Notes: generated from the letters alone by a model not told the origin. DNA of 64,000 nt from Prasinococcaceae sp. CCMP 1430 (GCA_013416795.1 RQSC01001236.1:56902-120901); one strand, 5' to 3'; positions 53,410-63,864 are shown, counted from the stretch's first letter. Numbers and translations are program-made.

Positions 53410-53538
53410 CNGCCTGGTGCTGCATCAGCGCAGCGAGCATGCCCTGCGCGAGCTCGGGAGGCCACTTCCTCCGTGGAGGTGGGTGGGTCGGGTGGGTGGA
53501 AGGGGCCGCGCGCGCGCGCCGCGTGCGGGCGCGCCAGG

Positions 53539-54594
53539 ATGCCGCCTGGAGGGGTGCACCTGGCGGTGGGCACGACGCTCGCGCGCCTGCTGCCGGACAA
53601 GGCAATGCTCGGCGGCGACGCGCGGGCGCTCTCGTGGCTGGGCAAGAGCGCACAAGCCGGGGACCCCGTCTCGCGGCGGTGCGCGCTCGCCGCTCGGCTG
53701 GGGTTCGTGGTCGGCTCGATTCTGCCGGACGCGGACCTGCTCGGCTGCGTGGCGGCCGTTGCGGTCACAGGCGACCGGCGGTGGATAGACATCCTGCACA
53801 GAAAAGCGACACACTCGCTCCCGCTCATCGCCGCCATCGCGGTGTACGCGCACAAGGCTGCTTGCTGGAGCCGCGCCAGGGCAGAGGGGACGGGAGCGGC
53901 CCGGCACGCCGCCGAGGGGCCGCAGCCGCAGTGCCAGCTGGGCACGCGCCAGGACGAGCCGGAGGCGGCCGCGCGAGGCTGGCTCGCCCCGTATGTGCGG
54001 ACGCGCGCGGAGGCCGCTCGCCTCTGTTTCGGCGCGGCCTGTGGTGCCTTCGTGCACGTGCTGCTGGACCTGTTCTACCTCCAGCCGTTCTCGCCGCTGT
54101 GGCCCTACCCGGCGACGTACGGGCCGCTCATTGGCCCCACGGCCGCCGAGATCGACGCGTTCGGGGGGGACGCGTGGAAGTGGATAACGTGGCTGGACTT
54201 CCTCAGCGACGCTCTGCTCTTCACCCTGCCCATGCTTATCATCTGCCGCGTGTACTCGCTGCACAAGGAAGTCTACCGGTCTTTGTTGGTGTTCGCGCTT
54301 GCGCAGCTGGCCGTGCTGGCCCTCTTCGCCCCGCTGCTCGACGACGTGCGGGTTGGCCACGAGGACTTCGTCTTCTACCTTCACATTCCGGGCGTCGTAT
54401 GGATGGTCTTTTGCGACGCGAGCCCGCTCCTGCTGCGGCACGCGGTCGTCCGAGCAGTGAGCAGCGATTCGGGCCCCGAGGACTCCGACACGTCGACGTA
54501 TGAGAACGAGTGCGCGCAGGACTGCTCGCGCAGTCCGAGCCCCCACGAACTCGGTGGCGAGGGCGCCAGCAGCGGCTACAAGAAGCTCGAATGA
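53539..54594 (+). CDS. YdjM-like (LexA-binding inner-membrane) metal-dependent hydrolase
   Basis: GVHLAVG..GSILPDAD..LHRKATHSL..FVHVLLDL..PLWPY: the family His/Asp ligand pattern plus several TM helices; intronless. Confidence 0.8.
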   Translation: MPPGGVHLAVGTTLARLLPDKAMLGGDARALSWLGKSAQAGDPVSRRCALAARLGFVVGSILPDADLLGCVAAVAVTGDRRWIDILHRKATHSLPLIAAIAVYAHKAACWSRARAEGTGAARHAAEGPQPQCQLGTRQDEPEAAARGWLAPYVRTRAEAARLCFGAACGAFVHVLLDLFYLQPFSPLWPYPATYGPLIGPTAAEIDAFGGDAWKWITWLDFLSDALLFTLPMLIICRVYSLHKEVYRSLLVFALAQLAVLALFAPLLDDVRVGHEDFVFYLHIPGVVWMVFCDASPLLLRHAVVRAVSSDSGPEDSDTSTYENECAQDCSRSPSPHELGGEGASSGYKKLE

Positions 54595-54790
54595 GCACGC
54601 CGCGCGCCTCACGTACCATGGCTTGGTCCATCGCGTCGAACTATTTGCTCCGCTCTCAGTGCATGCCTAGTGCACACGTCTGTACGGGGTACCTAGGCAC
54701 CTCGTCTTAAGACCAATTTTTTTGTTGTGCAGACCAGGCCGGGCAAGAGTGTTTTACAACGAGCCGCAGCGACGCGGACTCGTGGGGTCG

Positions 54791-57598
54791 CTACTTGCCA
54801 GGCTCGGGCTCCACGTAGTCCGGGTTCGGCTTCAGGATGACGATGCCCTCCAGCGCGGACGTGAGCGCGATGTACTTCTCGCTGGCCAGCTCCGCGCGGT
54901 CGCCGGCGCCCAGGAGCACGGGCGTGGTGTGGGTCTGGAAGCCCGTGATGCTCTTGGGTTTGCCCGCCTGGCCGACGACGTCCACGGCCTGTCCCACTCG
55001 CACGGGCACCGGCAGCGGCGAGCCCTCCTCGTCCACGGTCACGAGCATGCGCGGCGCCATGCTCGAAAAAAGAGAGTACAGGAGGTAGTGCTGCTTTCCG
55101 CCAATGGTCGCCTTGACGTCGAGCGCCGCGAAGAGCGTCACCAGCAGGCCGGCGAAGGCTGCGGGGCAAAGCTGCGACGGCGAGCGGTACGGCGAGAGCG
55201 TGACGAGCCCCTTCCCCGCGTGGCACAGCCCCTGCGCAACGCGCACCATGAAGAGCGCGGCGCTGTCCTTGTAGTAGTAGCTGCTGAGGTTGCGCAGCAT
55301 GCCCGCGATGCGCGCGTTGTTCGTGCCCGCCGAGATGATGCCGAGGGAAAGAATCGCCCCCTGCGCCGTCTCGGCGTCGGCGTCGTGCGTCAGCCTGCTC
55401 AACATGTCCGCGATGGTCATCTGCGGATTTGACACGGACAGCAGGGCGAGCGATAGCGGCACCGCCCGACGCAGGTTCGTCTCGCCGTACTGCAGCAAAT
55501 GCTCGAGCGCGCGCACCGACATGGCGCTGCCCAGCTCCTCGCCCAGCGCCACCATGGCCACGCCCAGGCACGCAACGGCCTGGTGCCAAATCGGCTCCTC
55601 CTCCTTGCCCTCAGCGGCGGCGGCATCGTCCCCCTCCGCCTTCTCCTCGGCCTCGGCACCCAGGTGCTCCGAGCACATGTGCAACAGCTGCTGGACGCGC
55701 AGCACGGAACCCGAGCCAGCGTAGGCGCACACCTCCAGCGTCACCACGCACAGCTTGCTCACAGCCGCGTCGAGGACCTTCGCGACCTCCACCGACGGCT
55801 CGACGGCTTCCTGCTTGTTGAGGAAAACCAGGCCCAGGCCCAGGCACATGAAGCGGGCGGCGGGTTGCGCCAGCTCCTCCGACGTGCGGCCCATCAGCGC
55901 CTCGCAGATGGCGCCCGCCACCTCCTGATTGCAGCTGCCCACGTAGACCATGCCCAGGCTGAGCGCTGCCATGCTCGCGGCCTCCATGCTCAGGCCGTCC
56001 TCGTTGAGCGTGTCGCACAGCAGCTCGTGGACCTCCTCCTTGCAGCAGCCCGCGTACGCCAGGCCCAAGCCCATAATCGCGCACGAGCGCACGTCGGCGT
56101 TCTCGTTCCCCACGGAGTCGCTCAGAAGGGCAAACGCGGGATCGCACTCGTTGCGAACGCCCGTGTTCACCACGCCCACCGCGAGCAGCGCGCCCGCCAC
56201 CACATGCGGGTCGGACGAGTACAGGTACTTGTCGATCTGCGGCAGGCCGCCGTCGACGTCCCACAGCGTGATCGCGCCCAGCGACGCCGCCGCGGCGATC
56301 TTGCCGTGGTCCTTGTTCTTGTAGAGCCAGCTGACAGTGCTGCCCGAGCTGGACTCGGGGGGTGGCGCGGTCATGAGCTTGTCCGAGCCGAAGCCGGCGT
56401 TTACGAACGCGTTGACGTAGGTCGCCGCGAGGTTGGCGCGCGCACTGTCGACCGTCGCCGCGGTGGGCTGGCGACCGTCGATCAAGTGCGCCTTGTAGAT
56501 GTCCTCGGGCGTCTTGGCCTCCATGACGTCCAGATCGCGAGCGAGCGCGAGGTACGTCTCCGAAAGGCGCGCGTTGCCGACGGCCTCCGCGAGCGTCTCG
56601 CACTCGTCGTCGTCTAGCTCCTCCTCCTCGCTGAGGTCGAGCGCCGCCCCCTGCCTGCCCAGAATGTGTGCGAGCTGCTTGCGCCCGAGGGCGTCCGGGC
56701 ACGCGAGGAAGACCGCGCGCATGCGCTCAGGCTCGTTCATGCGCAGCGCCAGGCGCAGGGCGTCATCCCACACCTTGTACGCCATGTAGATGTCGTACGC
56801 CACCGCCAGGCAGAGCGTGTCGTCCGGCTCTGCGAGGTAGGCAGACATCGACGCGAGGTACAGGCAGGCACGCCCGTACGAGTGCTCGGTGACGAACTCC
56901 TTCACGAGCTCCAGCTGTTCAACCTCGACGAGCAGATCCACGGCGTCGGGTTCGGCGTAGTGCTCCATGTTGAAGGGCACGATCTGGCGGACCAGGTGCA
57001 TCAGGTCCTCCTTGGAGATGAGCCCCGTCGACACCGGCGGCAGCGCATCGGCGTCTGCCTCTTTCTCCTCCGTCTTGACGGCCTCCTTTTCCTCGGCGGA
57101 GTGCTGGGCGTAAGCGGCGGCGACCTCGCCGGAGAGGTTGCGCACGTACTCGTGTCCCCAGCCACCCAGGTCCTCCTTGTCTCCCAGCAGCTTGAAGCGC
57201 AGGCTCTCCAGCGTGCCCTCCTCGGCCATGGTCATGGCGAGCACGCTCATCACGTCGGCAAGCGGCGCGCGCAGGGCGTCGGACTCGGGCGTCCGCAGAA
57301 ACAGCTTCTTGAGCGCGCCATAGTGCGGCCGCAGGAACTTGAGAGGCTTGGGCACCGCCGTCATGCTGCTCGTGGCGCTCGCGATGGACGTGCGCATCAT
57401 ATCGAGCGCGCTCTTGCGCACCTCGGCGCCCTCGGCGTCGCCCGTGAGGCGCTCGACCATGAGCTCCAGATCCGCCTTGAGCTTGGCGTCCTCCTCGCTG
57501 AGCTCGGGCTCTTCATCCTTGTCGCCCTTCTTCTTCTTCTTGTCCGCAGCCTTGGCGCCGCTCGGCGCGGCCGGCGCTGCCGGCGCGTTTGGTGCCAT
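54791..57598 (-). CDS. RPN1: 26S proteasome regulatory subunit RPN1/PSMD2
   Basis: ATSSMTAVPKPLKFLRPHY, DSARANLAATYVNAFVNAGFGSDKL and VGQAVDVVGQAGKPKSITGFQTHTTPVLL; TGTAA on this strand at 54754-54758. Confidence 0.98.
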   Translation of the reverse strand: MAPNAPAAPAAPSGAKAADKKKKKGDKDEEPELSEEDAKLKADLELMVERLTGDAEGAEVRKSALDMMRTSIASATSSMTAVPKPLKFLRPHYGALKKLFLRTPESDALRAPLADVMSVLAMTMAEEGTLESLRFKLLGDKEDLGGWGHEYVRNLSGEVAAAYAQHSAEEKEAVKTEEKEADADALPPVSTGLISKEDLMHLVRQIVPFNMEHYAEPDAVDLLVEVEQLELVKEFVTEHSYGRACLYLASMSAYLAEPDDTLCLAVAYDIYMAYKVWDDALRLALRMNEPERMRAVFLACPDALGRKQLAHILGRQGAALDLSEEEELDDDECETLAEAVGNARLSETYLALARDLDVMEAKTPEDIYKAHLIDGRQPTAATVDSARANLAATYVNAFVNAGFGSDKLMTAPPPESSSGSTVSWLYKNKDHGKIAAAASLGAITLWDVDGGLPQIDKYLYSSDPHVVAGALLAVGVVNTGVRNECDPAFALLSDSVGNENADVRSCAIMGLGLAYAGCCKEEVHELLCDTLNEDGLSMEAASMAALSLGMVYVGSCNQEVAGAICEALMGRTSEELAQPAARFMCLGLGLVFLNKQEAVEPSVEVAKVLDAAVSKLCVVTLEVCAYAGSGSVLRVQQLLHMCSEHLGAEAEEKAEGDDAAAAEGKEEEPIWHQAVACLGVAMVALGEELGSAMSVRALEHLLQYGETNLRRAVPLSLALLSVSNPQMTIADMLSRLTHDADAETAQGAILSLGIISAGTNNARIAGMLRNLSSYYYKDSAALFMVRVAQGLCHAGKGLVTLSPYRSPSQLCPAAFAGLLVTLFAALDVKATIGGKQHYLLYSLFSSMAPRMLVTVDEEGSPLPVPVRVGQAVDVVGQAGKPKSITGFQTHTTPVLLGAGDRAELASEKYIALTSALEGIVILKPNPDYVEPEPGK

Positions 57599-58037
57599 CA
57601 CTCCCCGCCGGCGCCGGCGCCCGCCACCGGGCGGCCGCGCGCTCGNNNNNNNNNNNNNNNNNNNNNNNNNNNNNNNNNNNNNNNNNNNNNNNNNNNNNNN
57701 NNNNNNNNNNNNNNNNNNNNNNNNNNNNNNNNNNNNNNNNNNNNNNNNNNNNNNNNNNNNNNNNNNNNNNNNNNNNNNNNNNNNNNNNNNNNNNNNNNNN
57801 NNNNNNNNNNNNNNNNNNNNNNNNNNNNNNNNNNNNNNNNNNNNNNNNNNNNNNNNNNNNNNNNNNNNNNNNNNNNNNNNNNNNNNNNNNNNNNNNNNNN
57901 NNNNNNNNNNNNNNNNNNNNNCGCGCGGGAGGCGGGCGATCGGACGCGACGGGGGCTCGGACCACGTCCGCACGGGAGCGCCGCGAGCGGCGCGGCGCTG
58001 GGCGCGCCCCCGCCCGCCCGTCGCAGAGGAAACACTC

Positions 58038-58045
58038 TTAGGGTT
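58038..58045. promoter_or_regulatory. telobox-like motif (AACCCTAA on minus strand) in the RPN1/beta-COP divergent promoter
   Basis: TTAGGGTT at 58038-58045; the same 8-mer occurs at 30669-30676. Confidence 0.4.
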
Positions 58046-58089
58046 GGCCTGGGCCGCGGCCCGGGGCGCCCCCCGTCACGCGCGCGGCC

Positions 58090-61000
58090 ATGACGTCGCT
58101 CGTGGAGAGGAGCTGCACACTCCTCGTCAGCTATGAGAAGAGCTCGGTGCGTAGCGCGCGCCTGCGATGCCGCCGGCCCACTTCGCGCAGTGCACGCCAC
58201 GCCTCGCGCGCGCGGGCGGGCTCGCGTTCCACCGGCCCTCACCGATCGACTGCCGGATGCAGCAGCCTCGACGTGTGTCGAGCCCTCGTCCGCGCCGGCG
58301 TCCGCCGCGTCCGCTCCGGACGCGCCCGCTTCGGCCACCGCGCTCTCAGCGTCATCGCCAGGGTCCCCTTCCATCTCGCACCGCCGGCTGCCCCCTCTCC
58401 TGGGGGGGGGGGGGGGGGGGCCCCCCCCCCCCGGCGCCTTCGTTTCCCTTCTCCCCTTCCGTCGCGCGCATGCGGCCTTGCGTCTGACGTAAGCGCCTGC
58501 CCCCTCGCATTTCATCGCGCCCCGCCTGCTACGCAGCAAACGATCGTGAACGATGTGAAAGGCCAGCTCGAGGAGGGCGACGCAGAAGACAAGATCGATG
58601 GTATGAAGAAAGCCATCGCGCTCCTGCTTAACGGCGAGCCGATGCCGGGCATGTTCATTACCATCGTCCGCTACGTGCTGCCGTCGGAGGACAAGACCGT
58701 CCAGAAGCTGCTGCTGCTGTACATGGAAATTATCGAGAAGACCGACTCGAGCGGCTCCATCCTGCCGGAGATGATTCTCATCTGCCAGAACCTGCGCAAC
58801 AACCTTCAGAGCCCCAACGAGTACCTGCGTGGCTGCACGCTGCGCTTCATCTGCCGCCTGACAGAGGGAGAGCTGCTGGAGCCGCTGGTGCCCTCGATCA
58901 TCTCCAACCTCGAGCACCGCCACTCGTTCGTGCGCCGCAACGCCGCGCTGGCGATCAAATCGATCTACGGGCTGCCCAACGGCGAGATCCTGCTGGCGGA
59001 CGCGCCGGAGATCATGGAGAACTTCCTGTCTGGCGAGTCGGACGTCAGCGCCCGCCGCAACGCGTTCCTGATGCTTGTGGAGCATGCGCGCGAGCGGGCG
59101 CTCGGCTACCTCATGAGCAACCTGGACCAGCTGGCGAACTGGGGCGACGTGCTGCAGATGGTGGCTCTCGATCTCGTGCGCAAGTCGTGCCGCGCGCAGC
59201 CGCAGGACAAGGGCAAGCTCATCAAAATCATCCTCGCACTGCTGGCGTCGGGCTCGACGAGCGTCATCTACGAGTGCGCGAACGCGCTGGTGGCGCTCTC
59301 CACCGCGCCGACGGCCGTCCGCGCCGCCGCCAACGCGTACTGCCAGCTACTCGTATCGCAGAGCGACAACAACGTCAAGCTGATCGTGCTCGACCGCATC
59401 GAGGAGCTGAAGGCAAACCAGCGCGACATCATGCAAGAGATGGTGATGGATGTGCTGCGCGCGCTGAGCAGCCCGAACCTGGACATCCGCAAGAAGGCCC
59501 TCGACATCGCGCTCGACCTCACCACCCCGCGCTCCATCGAGGAGGTCGTGCTCACGCTCAAGAAGGAGGTGGTGAAGACCCAGGGCGCAGGCAAGGACGA
59601 CAAGAACGGTGACTATCGCTCCCTCCTCGTCCAGGCGATCCACTCGGCCGCCGTGCGCTTCAGCGACGTTGCGGGCAGCGTCGTGAGCGTGCTCATGGAC
59701 TTCGTAGGCGACTCCAACACCGCCTCGGCTCTCGACGTGGTGCACTTTCTGCGCGAGATGGCGGAGACCAACCCCACGCTGCGCCCGGTCATCGTCGAGT
59801 CGCTGCTTGACTGCTTCTACCAGATTCGCTCTAGCCGCGTGTGCACCTGCGCGCTGTGGATCATCGGCGTTTACTGCGAGGGCGACGAGGCTGTGCTGCA
59901 GGGCCTCGCGACCATCAAACAGGCGCTTGGCGAGACGCCCTTTTACTCCGAGGAGGAGGAAGAGACGGACGAGGAGGAGGATGCCCCCGACGCCTCTGCT
60001 TCGCCCGGTCCTGTCGTCAGCTCGCGCCCGGTGGTGCTGGCGGACGGCTCGTACGCGACGCAGACCGCCGTCACCGAGGAGTACGCCGTCACTGGGACCA
60101 CCGCCACCGCCGCGCCGCACTTGCGGACTATGCTCCTGGGCTGCGACTTCTTCGTGGGCTCGGTCGCCGCCACTGCGCTCACCAAGCTCACGCTGAGGCT
60201 GCGCGGGGGATCGTGCGCGCCGTCGGTGGCCAACGCCGAGCTTGCCGAGGTGATGCTCTACCTCGTGTGCATGCTGCGTCTCGGGGGGTCCAAGGGGCTG
60301 GCGCAGCCGATGGACGCCGACTCGGCGAACCGCATCGCGCTGTGCCTCCGCGTGCTCAGCGACCCGTCGGAGGCCATGAGCGCGGTGTGGCTGGGCGAGT
60401 GCCGAGCCGCCTTCGCTGGGATGATCGCGGAGAAGAAGGGGCGCGAGGCGGCGGAGGCGGCGAAGGCGGAGACGGCGGCGGCGACGCAGCCCGACGAGCT
60501 CATCGACTTCGTCCAGCTCAAGAGCCGCAAGGGCATGAGCCAGATCGAGATTGAGGACTCTGTGGCGACCGATTTGCAGCGCGCAACGGGCATGCTCGAG
60601 GACAGCTCCAAGGACAAGCCCCGGCTCAACAGGGTGATGCAGCTGACCGGCATGAGCGACCCGGTGTACGCCGAGGCCTATGTGACGGTGCACCAATACG
60701 ACGTGCTGCTGGACGTGACCGTCGTCAACCGTAGCGACACCACCATGGAGAATCTGGTGCTCGAGCTCGCGACGGTGGGCGACCTGAAGCTGGCGGAGCG
60801 CCCACAGAACCACACGCTGGGCCCGATGGACTCGGTGGAGATAAAGGCCAACATCAAGGTCACCTCCACGGAGACGGGCGTGATCTTCGGCAACATCGTG
60901 TACGACTCTGGGCTTGACCGCAAGGTGGTCGTGCTCGCGGACATCCACCTGGACATCATCGACTGGATCAACCCCGCCAGCACCGCCGACGTGACCTTCC

Positions 61001-61341
61001 GGTCCAAGTGGGCTGAGTACGAGTGGGAGAACAAGGTTGCGATCAACACGTCCTTGACCGACGTGCGCCAGTACCTGGACCTGATTTGCACGTCCACCAA
61101 CATGGGCTGCCTCACGCCCGAGTCGCAGCTCGAGGGCGAGGCGGGCTTCCTCGCAGCCAACCTGTACGCGAAGTCCGTGTTCGGCGAGGACGCGCTCGTC
61201 AACCTCAGCGTAGAGAAGGGTGCCGATGGCAAGCTCTCCGGCTTCGTGCGCATTCGCAGCAAGACGCAGGGCATCGCCCTGAGCCTCGGCGACAAGATCA
61301 CGCTCAGGCAGAGCGGGCGCGGCACGGCGGCGGCGCTGTGA
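58090..61341 (+). CDS. COPB1: coatomer subunit beta, 2 exons
   Basis: Exons 58090-58146 and 58537-61341; EMILICQNLRNNLQSPNEYLRGCTLRF and VRIRSKTQGIALSLGDKIT. Confidence 0.98.
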   Translation: MTSLVERSCTLLVSYEKSSVRSARLRCRRPTSRSARHASRARAGSRSTGPHRSTAGCSSLDVCRALVRAGVRRVRSGRARFGHRALSVIARVPFHLAPPAAPSPGGGGGGAPPPRRLRFPSPLPSRACGLASDVSACPLAFHRAPPATQQTIVNDVKGQLEEGDAEDKIDGMKKAIALLLNGEPMPGMFITIVRYVLPSEDKTVQKLLLLYMEIIEKTDSSGSILPEMILICQNLRNNLQSPNEYLRGCTLRFICRLTEGELLEPLVPSIISNLEHRHSFVRRNAALAIKSIYGLPNGEILLADAPEIMENFLSGESDVSARRNAFLMLVEHARERALGYLMSNLDQLANWGDVLQMVALDLVRKSCRAQPQDKGKLIKIILALLASGSTSVIYECANALVALSTAPTAVRAAANAYCQLLVSQSDNNVKLIVLDRIEELKANQRDIMQEMVMDVLRALSSPNLDIRKKALDIALDLTTPRSIEEVVLTLKKEVVKTQGAGKDDKNGDYRSLLVQAIHSAAVRFSDVAGSVVSVLMDFVGDSNTASALDVVHFLREMAETNPTLRPVIVESLLDCFYQIRSSRVCTCALWIIGVYCEGDEAVLQGLATIKQALGETPFYSEEEEETDEEEDAPDASASPGPVVSSRPVVLADGSYATQTAVTEEYAVTGTTATAAPHLRTMLLGCDFFVGSVAATALTKLTLRLRGGSCAPSVANAELAEVMLYLVCMLRLGGSKGLAQPMDADSANRIALCLRVLSDPSEAMSAVWLGECRAAFAGMIAEKKGREAAEAAKAETAAATQPDELIDFVQLKSRKGMSQIEIEDSVATDLQRATGMLEDSSKDKPRLNRVMQLTGMSDPVYAEAYVTVHQYDVLLDVTVVNRSDTTMENLVLELATVGDLKLAERPQNHTLGPMDSVEIKANIKVTSTETGVIFGNIVYDSGLDRKVVVLADIHLDIIDWINPASTADVTFRSKWAEYEWENKVAINTSLTDVRQYLDLICTSTNMGCLTPESQLEGEAGFLAANLYAKSVFGEDALVNLSVEKGADGKLSGFVRIRSKTQGIALSLGDKITLRQSGRGTAAAL

Positions 61342-61370
61342 TGATGTGACATATATAGACCTTCTCCGTC

Positions 61371-61375
61371 TGTAA
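61371..61375 (+). terminator. TGTAA polyadenylation signal after beta-COP
   Basis: 30 nt after the stop; UGUAA is the established chlorophyte poly(A) signal and also follows SEC23, RPN1, the TPR gene and the microprotein. Confidence 0.7.
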
Positions 61376-61521
61376 GCGTGGGGCTTTCGCTCGCACACCG
61401 CGCGCAGCCGCGCGCGCGGCCGTCGCTGCTTTTTGCGCGAGGCTGCGGAGACAAAGTGGCATGGAGACCCCCAGATAATTACTGCGAGAGCATGCTGCTG
61501 GGACGACGCGGCGGCGAGCGC

Positions 61522-62760
61522 TTACTCGGCCTGCACGGCGGCCTCGGCGAAGCAGATGTCCGGGGTGCGGTTCGCGAGCGGGCCGTGCGCAGTGCGAAGC
61601 TGCGCGAACACGCCCTGGGAGAGCATGCGGCCCTCGGCCTTCCACTTGAGGTAGTCCTTGCGCAGGTACTTGGTGAAGCCCCAGTTGCGGCTGGTCACGA
61701 TCTTCTGCCTGCCCGCGAACTTGAACTTGGCACGACGGAGCGCCTCGTGGGCGGCCGCCTCGTTGCTGTCCTTGGTGCGCACCGAAACGAGCACCTGACC
61801 GATCGCCACACGCGCGCAAGTGCCCTGCGCCTTGCCGAACGCGCCGCGCATGCCGGTCTGCAGACGATCCGCACCGGCGCACGAAAGCATCTTGTTGATG
61901 CGGAGCACGTGGTAGGGGTGCACGCGCACGCGGATGTGGAAGGCATCCTTGCCGCAGTACTTCACCATGTACTTGTTGCACGCCACACGGGCGGCCTCAA
62001 GCGCCTCCGAGCACACGTTCTCCTTCTCCCAGGACACGAGGTGCACGCAGCAGGGGAACTGGTCCACGCCGGCCCTCTTGGCGCCGCAGTCATAGATGCG
62101 GATCTTGGGGTCCGGCACCGAGCGCTGCACAGCCGATCGCGCGGAGCGGCGGGGTCAGAGGCCGCGCTGCGAGCACGCAGGGGAGATGCACGGAGTCCCC
62201 GCGCGCGGCGCACGAAGAGCTCCCCGGGCGGCGAGCGCGGCGAGCACCGCGAGAGGGCAAGGGTGCAAAGGAAGAAAAAAAAGGGTGGGTGCGGGTGCTC
62301 GCGAGGCGCGCGCGCGCGCGCGGGGCGCGCGCGCGTGTCCCTCCTCGCGCGCGCGCGACGCACCACAAAGCGCGACTTGGGGTACGGCTTGTTCTTGATC
62401 ACGCGGTAGCAGCGCGCGGGACCTGCGGGCGGCGGGCGGGCGGCGGGCGGCACGGGTCAGCGGCGCGCCCACGACAAAGTGTGTGTGTGTGTGACACTGT
62501 GCGTGTGTGTGTGTGTGTGTGTGCGCACGCGCGTGTGTGTGTGTGCCTCTCCTCCCTGCCGCGCAGTGGGTCGAGCGGGATGAGGGGGGTGGGGGTGGGT
62601 GGGGGCGTTCGCGTCGCGAGCCGCTTCTACCCCGCGCTCGCGGCCCAACGGCTCGCGCGCCGCGCCCTCGCGCGCGCCGGCCCCTCGGCCCTGGGATTCC
62701 ACGTCCGCGAAAAACACGCATGGATTCAACGTACAGTCTTTCGAACAACATACCTTTCAT
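61522..62760 (-). CDS. RPL10: 60S ribosomal protein uL16/L10; first exon uncertain
   Basis: Exons 62422-62364 ([19 protein letters not shown]) and 62124-61522 ([36 protein letters not shown]); best phase-compatible first exon is ATGAAAG|GTATGT at 62760-62754. Confidence 0.95.
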
Positions 62761-63146
62761 TCCAAATCGAATTCGCACGCTATCGCATTGTGATACTGGA
62801 ATCCCTCGTATCCCCACACGCCCATGGCGGCGGCGGCCACGGAGCCTCCCGATCCCGTGTCTGGCCTTGGCGAGGTACTCTCGTTTATGAACACATCACA
62901 TGTACCAACGGGAGATCTACACACACCGATGCGATGATGGCTCTCATTTTGACCTGCCGATCTGTCCCGCGCGCGCGCCGCCGCGCGGCGGCGCCGCCGC
63001 GGCCCTCCGGCGGCGCCCTTTCGGAGGCTTTTCCCACGAAAACCCGCAAAGGCGGGCGGGCGACGCGTGCATTGCGACCTACGCTCCTTGTACAAGATAC
63101 CGGGGCGCCCGGCTGCGGCCGGGCGGGTGGAGCCCGGAGGTGTGTG

Positions 63147-63544
63147 CCGGGTGGCCGGGCCGAGCGCGCGGCAACCCTAGCTCGCTCGCTCGCGAGAGCG
63201 CGACTGAACCCGCTGCCTAGCGCGACGAGGGCGGGCCCGGCGGCGGCCGCCGCCGCTGTGGCCAGCCAGCCGGGGGGGGGGAAACACCACCGGCGAAGAG
63301 GATTCGGGTTCGGGTTGGAACCGATGCGCGCGCAGGCGCGTGGACTCTGACCTCGGAGGAGGTGGGGGACTTCAGTTCGTTTTGACGAGGATCCACACAT
63401 TTGTGTGTGCATACAGTTGTTCTATGGCCCCGCGGGCCGACGCCGGCCCGCCCACCTCGGGCCTCCACACACCCGGGTGGCCGGGCCGAGCGCGCGGCAA
63501 CCCTAGCTCGCTCGCTCGCGAGAGCGCGACTGAACCCGCTGCCT
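63147..63544. repeat. 72-bp direct repeat, 2 identical copies (63147-63218, 63473-63544), containing AACCCTA
   Basis: CCGGGTGGCCGGGCCGAGCGCGCGGCAACCCTAGCTCGCTCGCTCGCGAGAGCGCGACTGAACCCGCTGCCT occurs twice, 326 bp apart. Confidence 0.95.
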
Positions 63545-63864
63545 CAGCGAACGCACGCCGCGATACCAATCCGAGCTCAAACGAATGCGCAGCGCCGGCC
63601 AGGCCGGGGGGAGAGTCGGGCGAGCCCCGCTGTCGATCCGGAAACTGGGGTGTGCCGTAAAAAAATTATTTACTCTCGAGGGCGAGGCGCGAATTTCCCT
63701 TTGTTTCGGGGCTGCTTGCGAGGGCGGCCTCGCCCGCGCTTGGGGGGAGGGGGCGGCCGCGGGTTGATGCGCGGCTACCGGCGCTCCGGCGCGCTGCGCG
63801 GCGCCGGCATGAACTCCCGCTGCCCGAGCGGGGTCGGCTCCCCGCTCGGGCGGAAGTTCCCCCC

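Noticed and set aside
26584-57921. N-gaps falling mostly at gene 5' ends and head-to-head junctions
   Set aside because: Consistent with sequencing dropout in extreme-GC promoter regions; truncated genes next to gaps are not treated as pseudogenes.
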